A DNA stretch of 63,702 bases, filler included, from Saprolegnia diclina VS20 (lineage: Eukaryota): the NCBI RefSeq assembly GCF_000281045.1. It is 5 parts of 2 records of this genome, joined end to end, with 100 filler letters (N's around TTAATTAATTAA, not from the genome) between each part and the next. Parts side by side here need not be neighbours in the genome. Positions count along the whole stretch, not along the records: positions 48,881 to 54,901 come from NW_008246121.1; positions 55,002 to 63,702 come from NW_008246121.1; 3 more parts are not named here. One strand, given 5' to 3'. Shown piece by piece: positions 48,881 through 61,352 of the stretch. Below the pieces are notes generated by a model. The model was not told where the DNA came from. It searched no databases and saw only the letters and a list, made by a program, of their open reading frames with translations. Within the stretch, counting starts at the first letter, position 1; each line of letters starts with the position of its first letter. The position numbers and the translations under genes are program-made.

Positions 48881-50137
48881 CTCCAGATACCTAACCCTGC
48901 ATGTCCTCAATCAACGTCTGCCTTTCTCAGTGCTTGGTTCTTACTGGTATAAATCTTGTACCTTGTGCCCGAACACAGTTCGTTCGCCACGTGAGTCTGA
49001 GAAGCGTTCCTCGGTACCCAGCTCGTGTTCCCGCAGTCGCATCCCAGAGCCGCCGTCGTGCGAGTAATGAAGTCGGATACTCGGTTCTGAATGCATCATC
49101 AGTCCGACGCAGCAGTGGCACCCAGGGATCCTGAGTGGCACCCGCGGTAGCCAGTGAAGAGGCTCTGCTTGAGAGCTCTCTTACGCGCGAAAAGGGGTGC
49201 ATCTTCCAGCACCTTGCGCCGCGGTGTCGCAGCCATGCCCTAGAGCCATTGCATCTCTCGCACCGCTCAACAGTACGAAGGTCGGGACGAAGGCTTTGCT
49301 CGTACGACAGTGCTGCACATCGTCGTTATCGATCGAGTGCTCGTCGATGACAACAATTTCAGGTCCTTGGAACCTCGGTCGCCCTGCCCCTCGGTGTCGA
49401 CCTCGTACTAGAATGAAAAGCTCAGAATCCCAGTGAAGCGACAACGTTGTAGGCGTGCGATCAAGGGCATAAGAAGAGTCTCTTATATCATGCTCTTATA
49501 TACCCTTGGTGCGATGCAGTCGCCCCGATCTCGAAGCAATCGGAGACGTATCGTCCTGTAGAGAGTACCGCTTCAACATCAACGCCTCGCAACAAAGCCA
49601 CTGTAAAAGCTATGGAAGCACGTCCATTCGGGTACAACTCGGAAGGGATCCGAATGTCCTTTGCTTGCTCGGCTTGTCGTCTGGCTGCATGCGACGGGAT
49701 CGGCGAGCAGCTCAATCTGTCAACGCTTTCACTTTACCCTGATGTATTGGGAAGTAGCACTTGCAGTTGCCTTGTCGATAGACAACACTGTGCACACGTC
49801 CGAGCAGTCGCTCCGTGATCCGGATACCATGTTAGGGGTCGGGTATGCATTCTCCGAGGTTTTCGCATTGTGTGTGGGAGGTGCAGGAAAGAGTGGGACG
49901 GCATTTGACTGGTGGTTGATTCGCATACAAACATCAAGTGATTGCGTCGGGCGCAGTTATTGGCTGCGATACAATGGTATAAAAATACATGGTCCAAAAG
50001 AATAAAAATACATACCTCGCGTGGTAAACGCGGCGTGAAAAGCGATTAAAAAGACAGGCTGCGAACGAATAAAAACGACGTCGGCAAAGCTTTGGCGTTG
50101 GGTAGTTTTCCATCGTCGGCCCCGATCTTTGCCCGCA

Positions 50138-53100
50138 ATGGAGTTCGCCGAGTACGAGAAGATGCTATGGAGCCTCATGTCGCCCGACAACAGCGTGCGC
50201 AATGTGGCCGAGGCGACGTTCGAGGGCATGAAGGCCGACAGCGATGGCACGCTCCTGCATCTGCTGCAGGTAGACATGCATTGACGACGCGGCGGATGAT
50301 GCTGGACGTCTGCTAGGTCATTCGGTCGCCGGCGAGCGACGACGTGCGTGGCCTCGCCGCCGTGCTGCTTCGCCGCGTCCTCTTGCGCGACGAAGTCTCG
50401 CTGTGGTGCAATGCGAGCGACGCGACGCAGCACAGCGTCAAGAACGACCTGCTCCAGGTGCTCACACACGAGGCCAACCCGTCGATCCGGCGCAAGCTCT
50501 GCGATACCGTCGGCGAGCTTGCCTCGTCGATTCTCGAAGAAGGTAGCGCATGGCCTCTGACTCCATCTAGCTAAGTAGGTCGTAGGCGAATGGGACGAGC
50601 TCCTTCCGTGCATGTTTCACTGGATCACATCGGCGAACGTCGCGCACCGTGAAAGTGCTTTGCGGGTGTTTGAGATGATCTCGCTCTTCATTGCGACAGC
50701 GATGAGCGACTACTTTGACACGACGATCCGACAGCTCTTTGAGACGTGCCTTATCGACCCGGCCGGGCATGTGGCCCTCCATGCGCTCCGCGCGCTTGGC
50801 ATGCTCATCCTCAGCATCGACGAGCTCGACGAACGCGATCGGTTCCAGCCGCTCCTCCCGCTCATCTTGCAGGGCCTCGTGACCATGCAGGGCCCGTCCG
50901 ACGACGACCTCATGGAGGCGATGGAGGTCATCATCGAGCTCATGGAGCCGCATGCGTCCTTCTTCAAGCCGTGCTTTCAGGACCTTGTGCGCATGATGGT
51001 CGCGATCGCGCAGACGACGAGCGCGAGCTTTGGCACGCGGCAGCTGGCCATGGAGGTGCTGGTCTCGATCGCCGAGAACGCGCCGGCTTCGTGCCGCCGG
51101 TTCCCGCACAACAGCTTTGTCGAGATTGTGTTTCCGATCGCATTCAACCTCATGCTCGACGTGCCGGACGAGATGCTCGAGGACGACGAAGCCAACGACG
51201 ACATCTCGAACGTCGACGTCGGCTCCGAGTCGCTCCAGCGCATGGCGCAAGCGATCGGCTTCAAGAAATCGCTTGGCACGTGCTTCCGCCTCGTCACGTC
51301 GTTCGCCAACCACGGCGACTGGCACTACCAGTACGCGGCGCTCCTTGGTCTGACGCAAATCGTTGAGATCATCCCGCCAGCCCAAGTCCCGTCGGTCGTC
51401 GACCACGTCTTTACGCACCTCACGCCGACGTTCCACCCGCGCGTGCTCAGCGTCGCCATCGACGCGCTCGGCCAGCTCGCAACCGACCACGGTCCCGTCT
51501 TCCAGGAGCAGTACCACGCGCAGACGATCGCGATGCTGCTCGAATACATGGCCCTCTCGGCGCCGACGCTGGCCCAAGCGAGCTGGAAGTGGAAGTGCCA
51601 CTTTCAAGCCCACGCGGCCACGTCGCTGCGCTACTTTATTGACACGTGCCACCCCGAGGTGATGGACCCGTACCTCGAGTCGCTCCTCACCGCGCTCTTT
51701 GCGATGCTCTCCACCGCGCACACTAGCGCCAATTCGATGATTGACCCGACGCCCGAAGGCCGGTCAGTGCAAGAGCACGCGGTCGCCGCGATCTCGTCGA
51801 TCGCGGGCTGCTGCGGCCCGAGCTTTGCCCGCTTTTACGACAAGGTGTTGCCGCCGCTCAAGCAGCTCCTCTATGCGTGCTTGACGGAGCTCACGACGTC
51901 GACCGACGCGTCGACGATGCTCTGCGGCATCACGCTCGAGTGCATTTCGCTTGTTGGGCTTGCGGTCGGCCCGAATGTGTTTGGCGCCGATGCCGACGAG
52001 GTCTTGACCGTCATGACGCAGATGCAGCACTCGACGCAGTACGCGGACGACGAGATTCTGCGGTCGTATCTTCTCCAAGCGTGGGCGCGGCTGTGCAAGA
52101 CGCTCGCCGAAGGATTCGCGCGCTATTTGCCAGTCGTCATGCCGTCGCTCCTTGACGCGGCGATGCAGCAAGCCGAGTTTGACATGGACGACGACGACGA
52201 GAACGGTATGATGGCCGACGACGACGACGAAGACGTGCAGATTGCCCACATCAACGACAAGTGCGTGAGCATCCGGACTAGCTTGCTTGAAGAGAAGGCG
52301 ACCGCATGTCAGATGCTCTCGTCGATGGTCGGCGACCTGAAAGAAGCGTTCTTCCCGTACGTCGAGCAAGTCACGACCGTGCTTACGCCGCTCATGACCG
52401 ACTCGGTGCACACGGAGATCCGCGCCGCGTCCATCTCGGCCATGCCGTCGCTCGTGCTCTCGGTCTCGAAGCATTTGCATGTGACCAACGGCGACTACAG
52501 TCCGGTCGTGCAGATGCTCGAGTATACGCTCGGCCGCCTCTTGAACGCGCTCTCAACCGAGCCGGAGCTCGAGCTCCAAATGACCATCATGCAGTCGATC
52601 AAGATGTGCATCGCCCACGCGGTGGACCCGGAAGAGACGAACGACCTCATTGGGAAGAAGGCGCCGACGGGCCTTCTCAACCACGCGCAGCTCGTGCAGC
52701 TCGTCGAGGGCTTGCTCATCGTGCTCGCCGAGAGCTTTCAGCGCCGCGCGGTGCGCCGTGCGCGCAAGGCGATCGAAGAGCTCGACGAAGAGGAGGCCGA
52801 AGAGGACATGGACAACGACGCGACCGAAGCCCAACTGCAGTTTATTCTCGCCGACTGCATCGGGTCGCTCGCCAAGACGCACACGCACGTCTTCTTCCCC
52901 GTCTTCCAGGAGACGCTCCTCGACAAGGTGCTCGAGATGGTCCAGCCCCACTGCCTCCCGGAAGACCGCAAGCTTGCCGTGTACCTCGTCGACGACATTC
53001 TCGAGCACACGGGTCCGTCGGCCGTCGCCCACCTCGATACGTTTGTGCCCATGCTCGTCGTACGTCTACGATTGCACTATAGTTGGTGTAGGATCATGTT

Positions 53101-53663
53101 TTTGTATCTAGGATTGCGTCGGCAGTGAGTACCCGCCGCTTCGCCAAGCGGCTTCGTTTGGCCTCGGGCTCTGCGCGACGCAGGGCGGACCGGCATTTGC
53201 GCCGTACGTGACGCAGACGGTCGAGCTCCTCTGGCAGCTCGTGCACGCGCCCGACGCGTACGACCCCATGTACGTCAACGCGACAGACAATGCAGTCTCG
53301 GCGATCGGTCGCATGCTCTTGCTCTTTGACGACGCGCTCAACCCGACGCTTTTTTCGCAGTGGCTGCGCCTTCTCCCGATGCGCGGCGACCTCGAGGAGT
53401 CGGCGGCCGTCATCCAGCGCCTCTGCGCGGCGATCCAGTGCAAGCACCGGATCGTGTTTGATGCGACCAACGTCCCGGTGCTCATTTCGGTGCTGGCCGA
53501 GTCGATATCGGCGCAGCTGTTTGCCGACCAAGACGACGTCCTCCACGACATTCAGATGGCGCTGCGCAGTCTCCGCGAGCTCATTCCGCCCCACGTGATG
53601 CAAGCCGTGTGGTCGTCCATGTCGCCGACGCAGCAGCAAGCGCTCCACGCGCTCTTTGCATAG
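50138..53663 (+). CDS. IPO5: Importin-beta family HEAT-repeat karyopherin, importin-5/Kap121-like
   Basis: LMSPDNSVRNVAEATF, LAAVLLRR, IRRKLCDTVGELA, ALGQLATDHGP.FQ..YH, ECISLVGLAVG, SIRTSLLEEKATAC, ATDNAVSAIG. Four exons. Confidence 0.88.
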
Positions 53664-54369
53664 AGTAGTAGAGACCAGTCATATCTTATTATATATACCA
53701 ACGAGAATGCAACGACGCCGCATGAGCTCGCCGCATGTGGATCGCAAACATGATTGGGCGTGGACGTTGGTGGCGTTCGTGTAGGGTTAGGGTTGTCCAC
53801 GCACCTTGGCCTGGGTCGCCACAGTACAATATTTGTACAACCGAGGCAGCATGAGAGCAGATGACATTATTGTCAAGAGGAAATACAAACTAGGAGTGCG
53901 ATTGTTCGACGAGCACCAACCAACCCTGAGACGAGCCCACGTCGTCCGACCGTCGTTGACGTCACCTCGGAAGTATGGTGGTCTTTGGACCAACTCGACT
54001 TTGGCGCGTAAAAACTGGTTTAGTTGATACTGGTACTAAGCAAATGCTCCGAAGTACATGATCGACTCTCCATATAGTAGGGTGCAAGGCCAAGTAACCG
54101 TGCGGATCGGTCCTTGGCAGCGACGTACTTTTGTTAGTACGCAGTTCGCTAATGCGGTCAAAGTCCCTCTACTCTTTCGGATGTTTCGTACTTGATGGTG
54201 TGGATGCCAAGTCCGTACCGAGCTATACTAGAAGGCGAAACACGAGCTTATGATTTGCTTCTTCGCAAACCATCGATATGGCCGTGTTCGCTGGGAAGGC
54301 GATCGAACACCCAACGTTAAGTTTGTGTTTACGTCAGTTTCCATCTCAACGACGAAGACGACAACAATC

Positions 54370-54657
54370 ATGGGCAGCGCCCCCGACCGCCCGACGATCG
54401 ACGAGACACTGCGTTTGTCGATGCCCAAGAGCCCGCGGTCCCGGTCGCTCAAGTACTACTACGAGCACCGCGACGACGTCCTCGCCAAGTTGCGTGCAAA
54501 CTACGGCGACAACAAGGAACGCGAGCGCTTGCGCCAGCGGGAAAAGTACCTCCGGCGCAAGGCCCGTCAAGAGGCGACTGCCGTGGCGCCGCTGGACCTT
54601 CGTCTGCGCGTGGCGTTCCTTCTCAACGAGCCGCCGTCGCCCCATTCGACTTTGTAG
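54370..54657 (+). CDS. Small basic helical protein with C-terminal 'VAFLLN' motif
   Basis: 95-aa ORF with coding-like codon usage: YYYEHRDDVLAKLRANYGDNKERERLRQREKYLRRK...LRVAFLLN. Confidence 0.55.
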   Translation: MGSAPDRPTIDETLRLSMPKSPRSRSLKYYYEHRDDVLAKLRANYGDNKERERLRQREKYLRRKARQEATAVAPLDLRLRVAFLLNEPPSPHSTL

Positions 54658-54901
54658 GTATCGAAAAGGTCTTCGAAAGAAAACAACAACTACCACTCAC
54701 CCCGGGTGACCCGTGCACTGGCTTTGCCGCTAGAGTCGAGGAGGAAGAGCGGCCGATGAACTGCAGCGCACTCAAACGACACGCTTCGCCAGCAACGTCG
54801 CGCGAGACTCTAGTACGAGGAACAAGGCCGACGTGTGGCGGCGGGCGCACCCATGTGTGCGTGTCCACGCCATGGACACGGTCGTTTCGATCGTGATGAG
54901 T

Positions 54902-55001
54902 NNNNNNNNNNNNNNNNNNNNNNNNNNNNNNNNNNNNNNNNNNNNTTAATTAATTAANNNNNNNNNNNNNNNNNNNNNNNNNNNNNNNNNNNNNNNNNNN
55001 N
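54902..55001. other. Assembly gap with TTAATTAATTAA linker
   Basis: Same N-linker-N structure. Confidence 0.95.
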
Positions 55002-56196
55002 ATGGCGCAGGACGCTCGCCGCATCGTAGATGCGAAGCGAAAGGCCGACCTCGCAAACACGATCCAGCTCAAAATATTTTACGACACCGGCCACAGAAAG
55101 CTACTGCGTGTCTCGAAGCACGCTACGCTCGCCGACGTGACGGTTCGGGCCGTCGCGCGTTTTGAGCTGCGTATCGCGATGGACTGTGCCCGACTACGGG
55201 CCTACTCCGAGTCCATGGCGTAGCCGCGGGAGACGTACGACGGACGCGAACACTGCTCGCTGGTCGAGCTGTCGATCGACTCGGTATGCAGCTTGTATCT
55301 CGAGGTCCGACCGATCACCGATCAAGCGTGGACGGTATATGACCCTACGGCTTTGACACTGCTCGTGCGTCGATACGTCCCGTCAACGGATGCGATGCCC
55401 GAGCACTTTACAGAGCCGCCCGAGCTTGTGCAGCTCCCGAGTGACGTGCGACTCGTCGACTTGCTCTCGCTGCTCAGCGCCAAGCTCAGAATGGATCGCA
55501 ACCAAATGCGGCTGCTGACGATGCGCACGTCGGGCTACTGGTCCATTTCGACGACGGTTCTCAACCCGACCAACGACGCGACGACGCTGCAGCAGACGCT
55601 TTGCGGCAATTTGATGTTTCGTGATGGCTACAGCATCTACGTCGAAGCCGTCGACGCGCTGGCGTCATCGCCGTCGCTGGCCAAGGAGCTCTTTGTAGCC
55701 CGCGCCCATTCGATCACCCTTCAAGTCAAGACGACGGAGCCAACTCTCCTACGCGCCAAGAACGCCGAAGGTGACGCGATGGGCTGGTCGTTCACCGTCG
55801 ACCGCCGACAACCGCTTCAGGAGCTCAAGGATCAAATCTGCACGTTTTTCGAGCTGCGACCCGAGACCTTCAAGCTACGTCGCTCCAGAGAAACAGGGGT
55901 CGAGTTGAAGCACCTTGCTGTGTCGTTCAAGAACTTGACCCTCTTGAACCAATCGACGGTGTGGGTCGAGGGAGGGGCTCCGCTGCGTGCTGGCGAGTTC
56001 AAAGTCAACGTCCACCTCCACACGTCCAGACATATTGAGACGACGACCGTGCTGCTACCATTGCACCACGTCGACGAGCTTGCATTCTGCGCTACACTTG
56101 TCGTCTCCTCTACAACACTTGTGAGCGAGGTGAAGGCCAGCATCCTCGCCGTTCTTCAGCGCACACACCATTGCGCCAAGCACCTCCGGCTCCGCG
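55002..56196 (+). pseudogene. USP47-like deubiquitinase C-terminal ubiquitin-like region, with in-frame stop (pseudogene or sequence error)
   Basis: One frame across the whole contig except TAG at 55221-55223. CARLRAYSESMA*PRETYDGRE...LYLEVRP..QAWTVYDP resembles the USP47 UBL region. Gaps on both sides. Confidence 0.5.
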
Positions 56197-57049
56197 NNNN
56201 NNNNNNNNNNNNNNNNNNNNNNNNNNNNNNNNNNNNNNNNNNNNNNNNNNNNNNNNNNNNNNNNNNNNNNNNNNNNNNNNNNNNNNNNNNNNNNNNNNNN
56301 NNNNNNNNNNNNNNNNNNNNNNNNNNNNNNNNNNNNNNNNNNNNNNNNNNNNNNNNNNNNNNNNNNNNNNNNNNNNNNNNNNNNNNNNNNNNNNNNNNNN
56401 NNNNNNNNNNNNNNNNNNNNNNNNNNNNNNNNNNNNNNNNNNNNNNNNNNNNNNNNNNNNNNNNNNNNNNNNNNNNNNNNNNNNNNNNNNNNNNNNNNNN
56501 NNNNNNNNNNNNNNNNNNNNNNNNNNNNNNNNNNNNNNNNNNNNNNNNNNNNNNNNNNNNNNNNNNNNNNNNNNNNNNNNNNNNNNNNNNNNNNNNNNNN
56601 NNNNNNNNNNNNNNNNNNNNNNNNNNNNNNNNNNNNNNNNNNNNNNNNNNNNNNNNNNNNNNNNNNNNNNNNNNNNNNNNNNNNNNNNNNNNNNNNNNNN
56701 NNNNNNNNNNNNNNNNNNNNNNNNNNNNNNNNNNNNNNNNNNNNNNNNNNNNNNNNNNNNNNNNNNNNNNNNNNNNNNNNNNNNNNNNNNNNNNNNNNNN
56801 NNNNNNNNNNNNNNNNNNNNNNNNNNNNNNNNNNNNNNNNNNNNNNNNNNNNNNNNNNNNNNNNNNNNNNNNNNNNNNNNNNNNNNNNNNNNNNNNNNNN
56901 NNNNNNNNNNNNNNNNNNNNNNNNNNNNNNNNNNNNNNNNNNNNNNNNNNNNNNNNNNNNNNNNNNNNNNNNNNNNNNNNNNNNNNNNNNNNNNNNNNNN
57001 NNNNNNNNNNNNNNNNNNNNNNNNNNNNNNNNNNNNNNNNNNNNNNNNN
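56197..57049. other. Assembly gap (sized, no linker)
   Basis: Run of about 850 N. Confidence 0.98.
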
Positions 57050-57949
57050 CGGTCGCCCGAGCTCTGGGCAGTCCTTGTGGCGTACCAAGATGGCTATACA
57101 AACGACACGCTCGCGCTCACACGGTTGCTGCGCTACCAGCAGGCGTACAGCAAGCAGTGCGACTACAGCGCCTTCCACTCGGCCTTTTCAGCGTGGTATG
57201 CGACCCGCGGCGACGATGGCTTGCGGCAGCTACAAGCGCACTACACGCCCTTCCTCGTGCACTATGCACTGCGCTACAACTGCGTATCTGTGCTATTGCA
57301 CGTGGCCTCGGAAGCGCAGCTCGGCTACAAGCACATGCGTCTCGCGCTCGGCTATGGCCACGCGCCGGTCGTTCGTTTTTTGCTGCAGCTGCCGTCGACG
57401 CATGTCCCGCTCATGATGGCCATCGCAGCCGACCACGGACACGTGTCCCTCGTGCAGCTGCTGCATGACACCAACGCAGACCCAAGTCACGTCTGGCGAG
57501 GCGTCATGAAGCGAGGTCATGCGCACGTCGCCCGCTACTTGCTCGCGCAGCCCGACCTGGCGCAGTGGCCTCGGGCCGCACTGCGATCAGCGCTCATCGA
57601 TGGCCATTGTGCGCTCGTACAGGTCCTCTACGCAGCGCGCGCGTTCGAGCTCACGACAGACGAAGTGGTGTGTGCGCTTCGAAGTGGCCGCCTCGAGATG
57701 GTGCAATTCGCATACGAGCACCGCGCGACGGCCTGTCTGGGTGCTCTCGTGCTTCTGGCCGCGACAGAAGAGACCATGCACATCCTCGAATGGCTCTGTA
57801 GTTTGCAAGCGCCCGAGCGACGTCACATTGAGCGAGCGCTGGACGAGACGACCGACGCGGCCGTGACGTCCTACCTCCACATGGTCCTGACGCGTCTGTC
57901 TCGGGTCGACGCCAGCAGCCCTGACCGCGTCGCAGGGCATTCCTTGTAG
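57050..57949 (+). CDS. Oomycete-type degenerate ankyrin-repeat protein (5' end in gap)
   Basis: SPELWAVLVAYQDG, then LALGYGHAPVVRFLL, IAADHGHVSLVQLLH and ALRSGRLEMVQFAYE. Confidence 0.75.
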   Translation, partial: RSPELWAVLVAYQDGYTNDTLALTRLLRYQQAYSKQCDYSAFHSAFSAWYATRGDDGLRQLQAHYTPFLVHYALRYNCVSVLLHVASEAQLGYKHMRLALGYGHAPVVRFLLQLPSTHVPLMMAIAADHGHVSLVQLLHDTNADPSHVWRGVMKRGHAHVARYLLAQPDLAQWPRAALRSALIDGHCALVQVLYAARAFELTTDEVVCALRSGRLEMVQFAYEHRATACLGALVLLAATEETMHILEWLCSLQAPERRHIERALDETTDAAVTSYLHMVLTRLSRVDASSPDRVAGHSL

Positions 57950-58241
57950 TAATACGTCTTGATGCCATCAACCGCCTCCAGGACCGAGATGGTATACTGT
58001 GGGGTGCCACAGGCAAAGGAGTTTCTGGGTCCCTTGCGATAGTCAATGCAAGAGTACGTACATTCAACTGCGTTTATGTACTCTTGAGTCAAGGAGAGAC
58101 CGGCGTTATACTCTCCATCCATGCTCGCGCCATCGATCGGGATCGCCAAGTCGCGACGAGGACGTGCCACGTATTCCATCCGGATACCACGCAAGAATGC
58201 AGGTGCTGGGTTGTGCGTATCCGGATGCCACGGCACGACCG

Positions 58242-60537
58242 ATGACGTTCGATGGGCTCGAGGTGGCGCTGGTGGTCGTCGAGGCCATGGACCTCGCGCC
58301 GCTGCCATCGACGGCCGGCTACTACTTTGCCCTCACGTACCTCGATGCGACGTATCGGTCGCTGCCCGACTATGGCGGCGGCACTTCGCCCAGCTGGCAC
58401 CACGTCGTGACGTTCGATGTTCTTGACGCTGCGGCGCCCATGCATCTCTGCGTCTATGGCACAAGCGCCGGTACCGACGACGACGATGTCCTTGTCGGCA
58501 GCTTGCGCATCGAGCTATCGCCGCCATTGACTCTACAGGGCTGGCGGCGCCTCAAGCCATCGGGCGGTCAAGTGCACTTGGAGCTCGCGTACCATCGGCG
58601 CGCCGTGCCCTGCATTGCATCCGACGAGCTCGCGATTCTCACCGACATTGGCGCCGGCGCGTACGGCGTGGTGCAGAAAGGTCTACTGGACGGTCAACCC
58701 TGTGCGATCAAGACGCTCCACATCGTCGACGCCGATGCGTTTACGCGCGAAATGCTCTCGCTCTTCGTGTACGCCACCTCTGCGCTCTCACTGCATTAAT
58801 AGGCGCTGTAGGCTCGAGTCGCCGCAGCTAGCAACTGTGCTGGCGGTCGCGGATGCCAATTCGCACCGGCCCAAGATCGTGGTCGAATTCTTTGAAGCCG
58901 GCGCACTCGCGTCTTGGCTCCACGAAAGTCCGGCGTGGCATGAAACTGAGGCGCTGCAGATCGCTGCCGACGTCGCGCAGGGCCTCGCCTACCTCCACGC
59001 CCGCGGCTGCGTCCACGGAGCTTTGCACCCGAGCAACATTATGTTAACGCCGCAACGCCGGGCCAAGCTCGTGGACCTGCACCTGGCCAGCGCGACAATG
59101 GTGCACTCTGACACGTTGCTGTCATTTCCGTGGATGTTTACGGCGCCCGAGGTGCTTGCTGGCGACGTGCCGAGTGCAGCGAGCGACGTCTACAGCCTCG
59201 GCGCACTGCTGCTCGCGCTCGCCAACAACAATGACGCGCCCTATGACGCGCCACCCGGCAATCCATTTCCGACGATCGCGAACGTCATCGCCGGCAACCT
59301 TGCGCCACGACCGATGCCGTTGACGGCGCCAGGCGTGTTCCAGGAATGTGCCCCGCGGTGCATGGCCCATACCGCCGAAGCGCGACCCGCGGCCAAGGAC
59401 GTCGCTATGCAGCTCGAGACTGCGTTGCCGGCGCCCATCGTCGAGCAGAGTGCGCTCTATCTCAAAGACGACGTGGACGAAGCATTGACGATCGAGACTC
59501 AGTACTACAACCCCGAGCCAGGTTCCACCGACCACTGTGTATCCATGTACAAAGACGGTATGGGTAGATGTCGAAGTTCCTATCTTTGACGGCGCCGAGT
59601 TGCTCGAGCGCAGTCGTCTCGGCGCGGGTCCGTATGGCTTTGTCGACGCCGCCACCGTTCACGGTACACGGGTCGCGGTCCAGACGTTTCTTGACCACCG
59701 GGATGAGTTTGACCACTGCGTGCTGCTTCTCTCCAAGTCGCGATTTGACCCGATGCATCTGTCTCACATCAACCGTGTAGACTGACGCATGTACCGACCA
59801 TCGTACAGCTGCTCGGCGTCGTCGACGTGGCGTCGTCACGCCCCCAACTCGTGCTCGAGTACATGGACGGCGGCGCGCTGCGGACGTACCTCGACAGCCG
59901 CCGCCGGTTCCGAACACGCGTTGAGCTCGACACGCTTACGATTGCACATGCGATTGCGTCGGCCCTTGCCGCGCTGCATGCCCAAGGCATTGTGCACCGG
60001 TACGTGAGCTCGCTCAGCGTGCTCTGGAGCTCGGCGCGCGTCGCCAAGCTCGGCAACTTTGTCTTGGCCAAGTCTACGTCGCAGGATATGGTGCTGACGC
60101 AAGGCGTCGGCGCCATGTTTTGGATGGCGCCGGAGGTCATTCGCGGTGAGTATTACGATGTATCGGCCGACATGTACTCGTTTGGTGTGCTCCTGACCGA
60201 GCTCGATACGCTCCTGCCGCCGTACGGCTACCTCCGCCAAAACCACTTTGTCACGATGGACCAAGTGAGCAAAGGACTCCTTCGACCTGAGCTCAGTGCC
60301 TCGTGCGCGCCATGGTATCGCGATCTCGCACTGGCCTGCATGGCGCAAGACCCGTCGCAGCGTCCGACCGCAGCCCAAGTGTGCACACTTCTCGAGCCGA
60401 AATTGTCGACACCAACGCGCCTCAAGTCGGGCCAAGTGCGCTCGGCCTTGAAGCCGCTCGTGAGCTTCTCGCTCCCCACCGTGTTGAAGACGCGGTTCTC
60501 GTCCAAGCGGGCCAATCGCAACAGCCAACACACTTGA
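58242..60537 (+). CDS. C2 domain + two TKL-type (pseudo)kinase domains
   Basis: C2 domain: LVVVEAMDL...GGGTSPSWHHVVTF...DVLVGSLRI. Kinase 1: GAGAYG, AIK, HGALHPSN, DLH, APE. Kinase 2: GAGPYG, VAVQ, HRYVSSLS, NFV, WMAPE. Three short introns (about 58767-58811, 59522-59567, 59737-59780). Confidence 0.85.
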
Positions 60538-61352
60538 CTTTGCGCGAAACGATATGTTGGTCCTCGATACCATGGACGTTCTATTGTGGACATATTGTCT
60601 GGACCTGGCGTTGGGTTGGTTTTGCTTTTTGCGTCTCATTCGATGGCGGCGTTGGGATGGATATCGTAGTACAACGGAAATAGCGGGGATGGCGACGTGC
60701 TGGAACGGCTTGCATCTCCTTGTTGGTGCGCAGTCAAGTAGAACGTTTGCTCCACTTTGCGGCGACGTAAAAGACGAGCGACGGAAGCAAACCTGCCTTG
60801 TGTCTGTGTGGGTTTCCTACAGCTAATAAAACGCAATATTTGATCCTATGTTCTGCACGGTGGGTCGTCTTCATATAGTAAAGTTGCGTAGGTCCAGCCA
60901 ATTTGAACGCAACAAGCGCCTCCATCAAATATCCATGGAGCATAATACAATTTCAACAGAATACTCGTACGCCGGGAGGGCATGCTCTCGCTACCGAGCT
61001 CCAAACGGCGACGCTACATTGTGTTTCGTGCTCCCCAAAGTGGTGGCGAGCGCGATGGCGAGTACGGGCGCTTTCGTTTTCAAACGTCGATCTCGCCCCA
61101 AATATGACTATTTCTGGTTGTAAATGGCAAACACCAATATTTATGGGTCGCATCAACCACAAGGCAAGAGCATCTAGGCTTGCGCCCATTTATGTGACGG
61201 CCATCAGCAGCACTTCGTCTTTGCTTGCTTTGCCATCGCAGTCAAGATCGAGAAAGTGATTCGCCTCAAGCCAGGGCCTCGTCGGAGCTCCCTCGTCGAT
61301 ATTGTATTGAAACAAATGAATTTGATAATAATATTTCGCCAGAACAATCAGC

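Noticed and set aside
48881..49950. Possible degenerate gene after the third gap
   Set aside because: Only short ORFs, with no consistent frame or motif.
55293..57949. Very long ORFs (707, 592, 348, 340 aa) in the ORF track
   Set aside because: They read through the N gap; the two sides belong to different genes.
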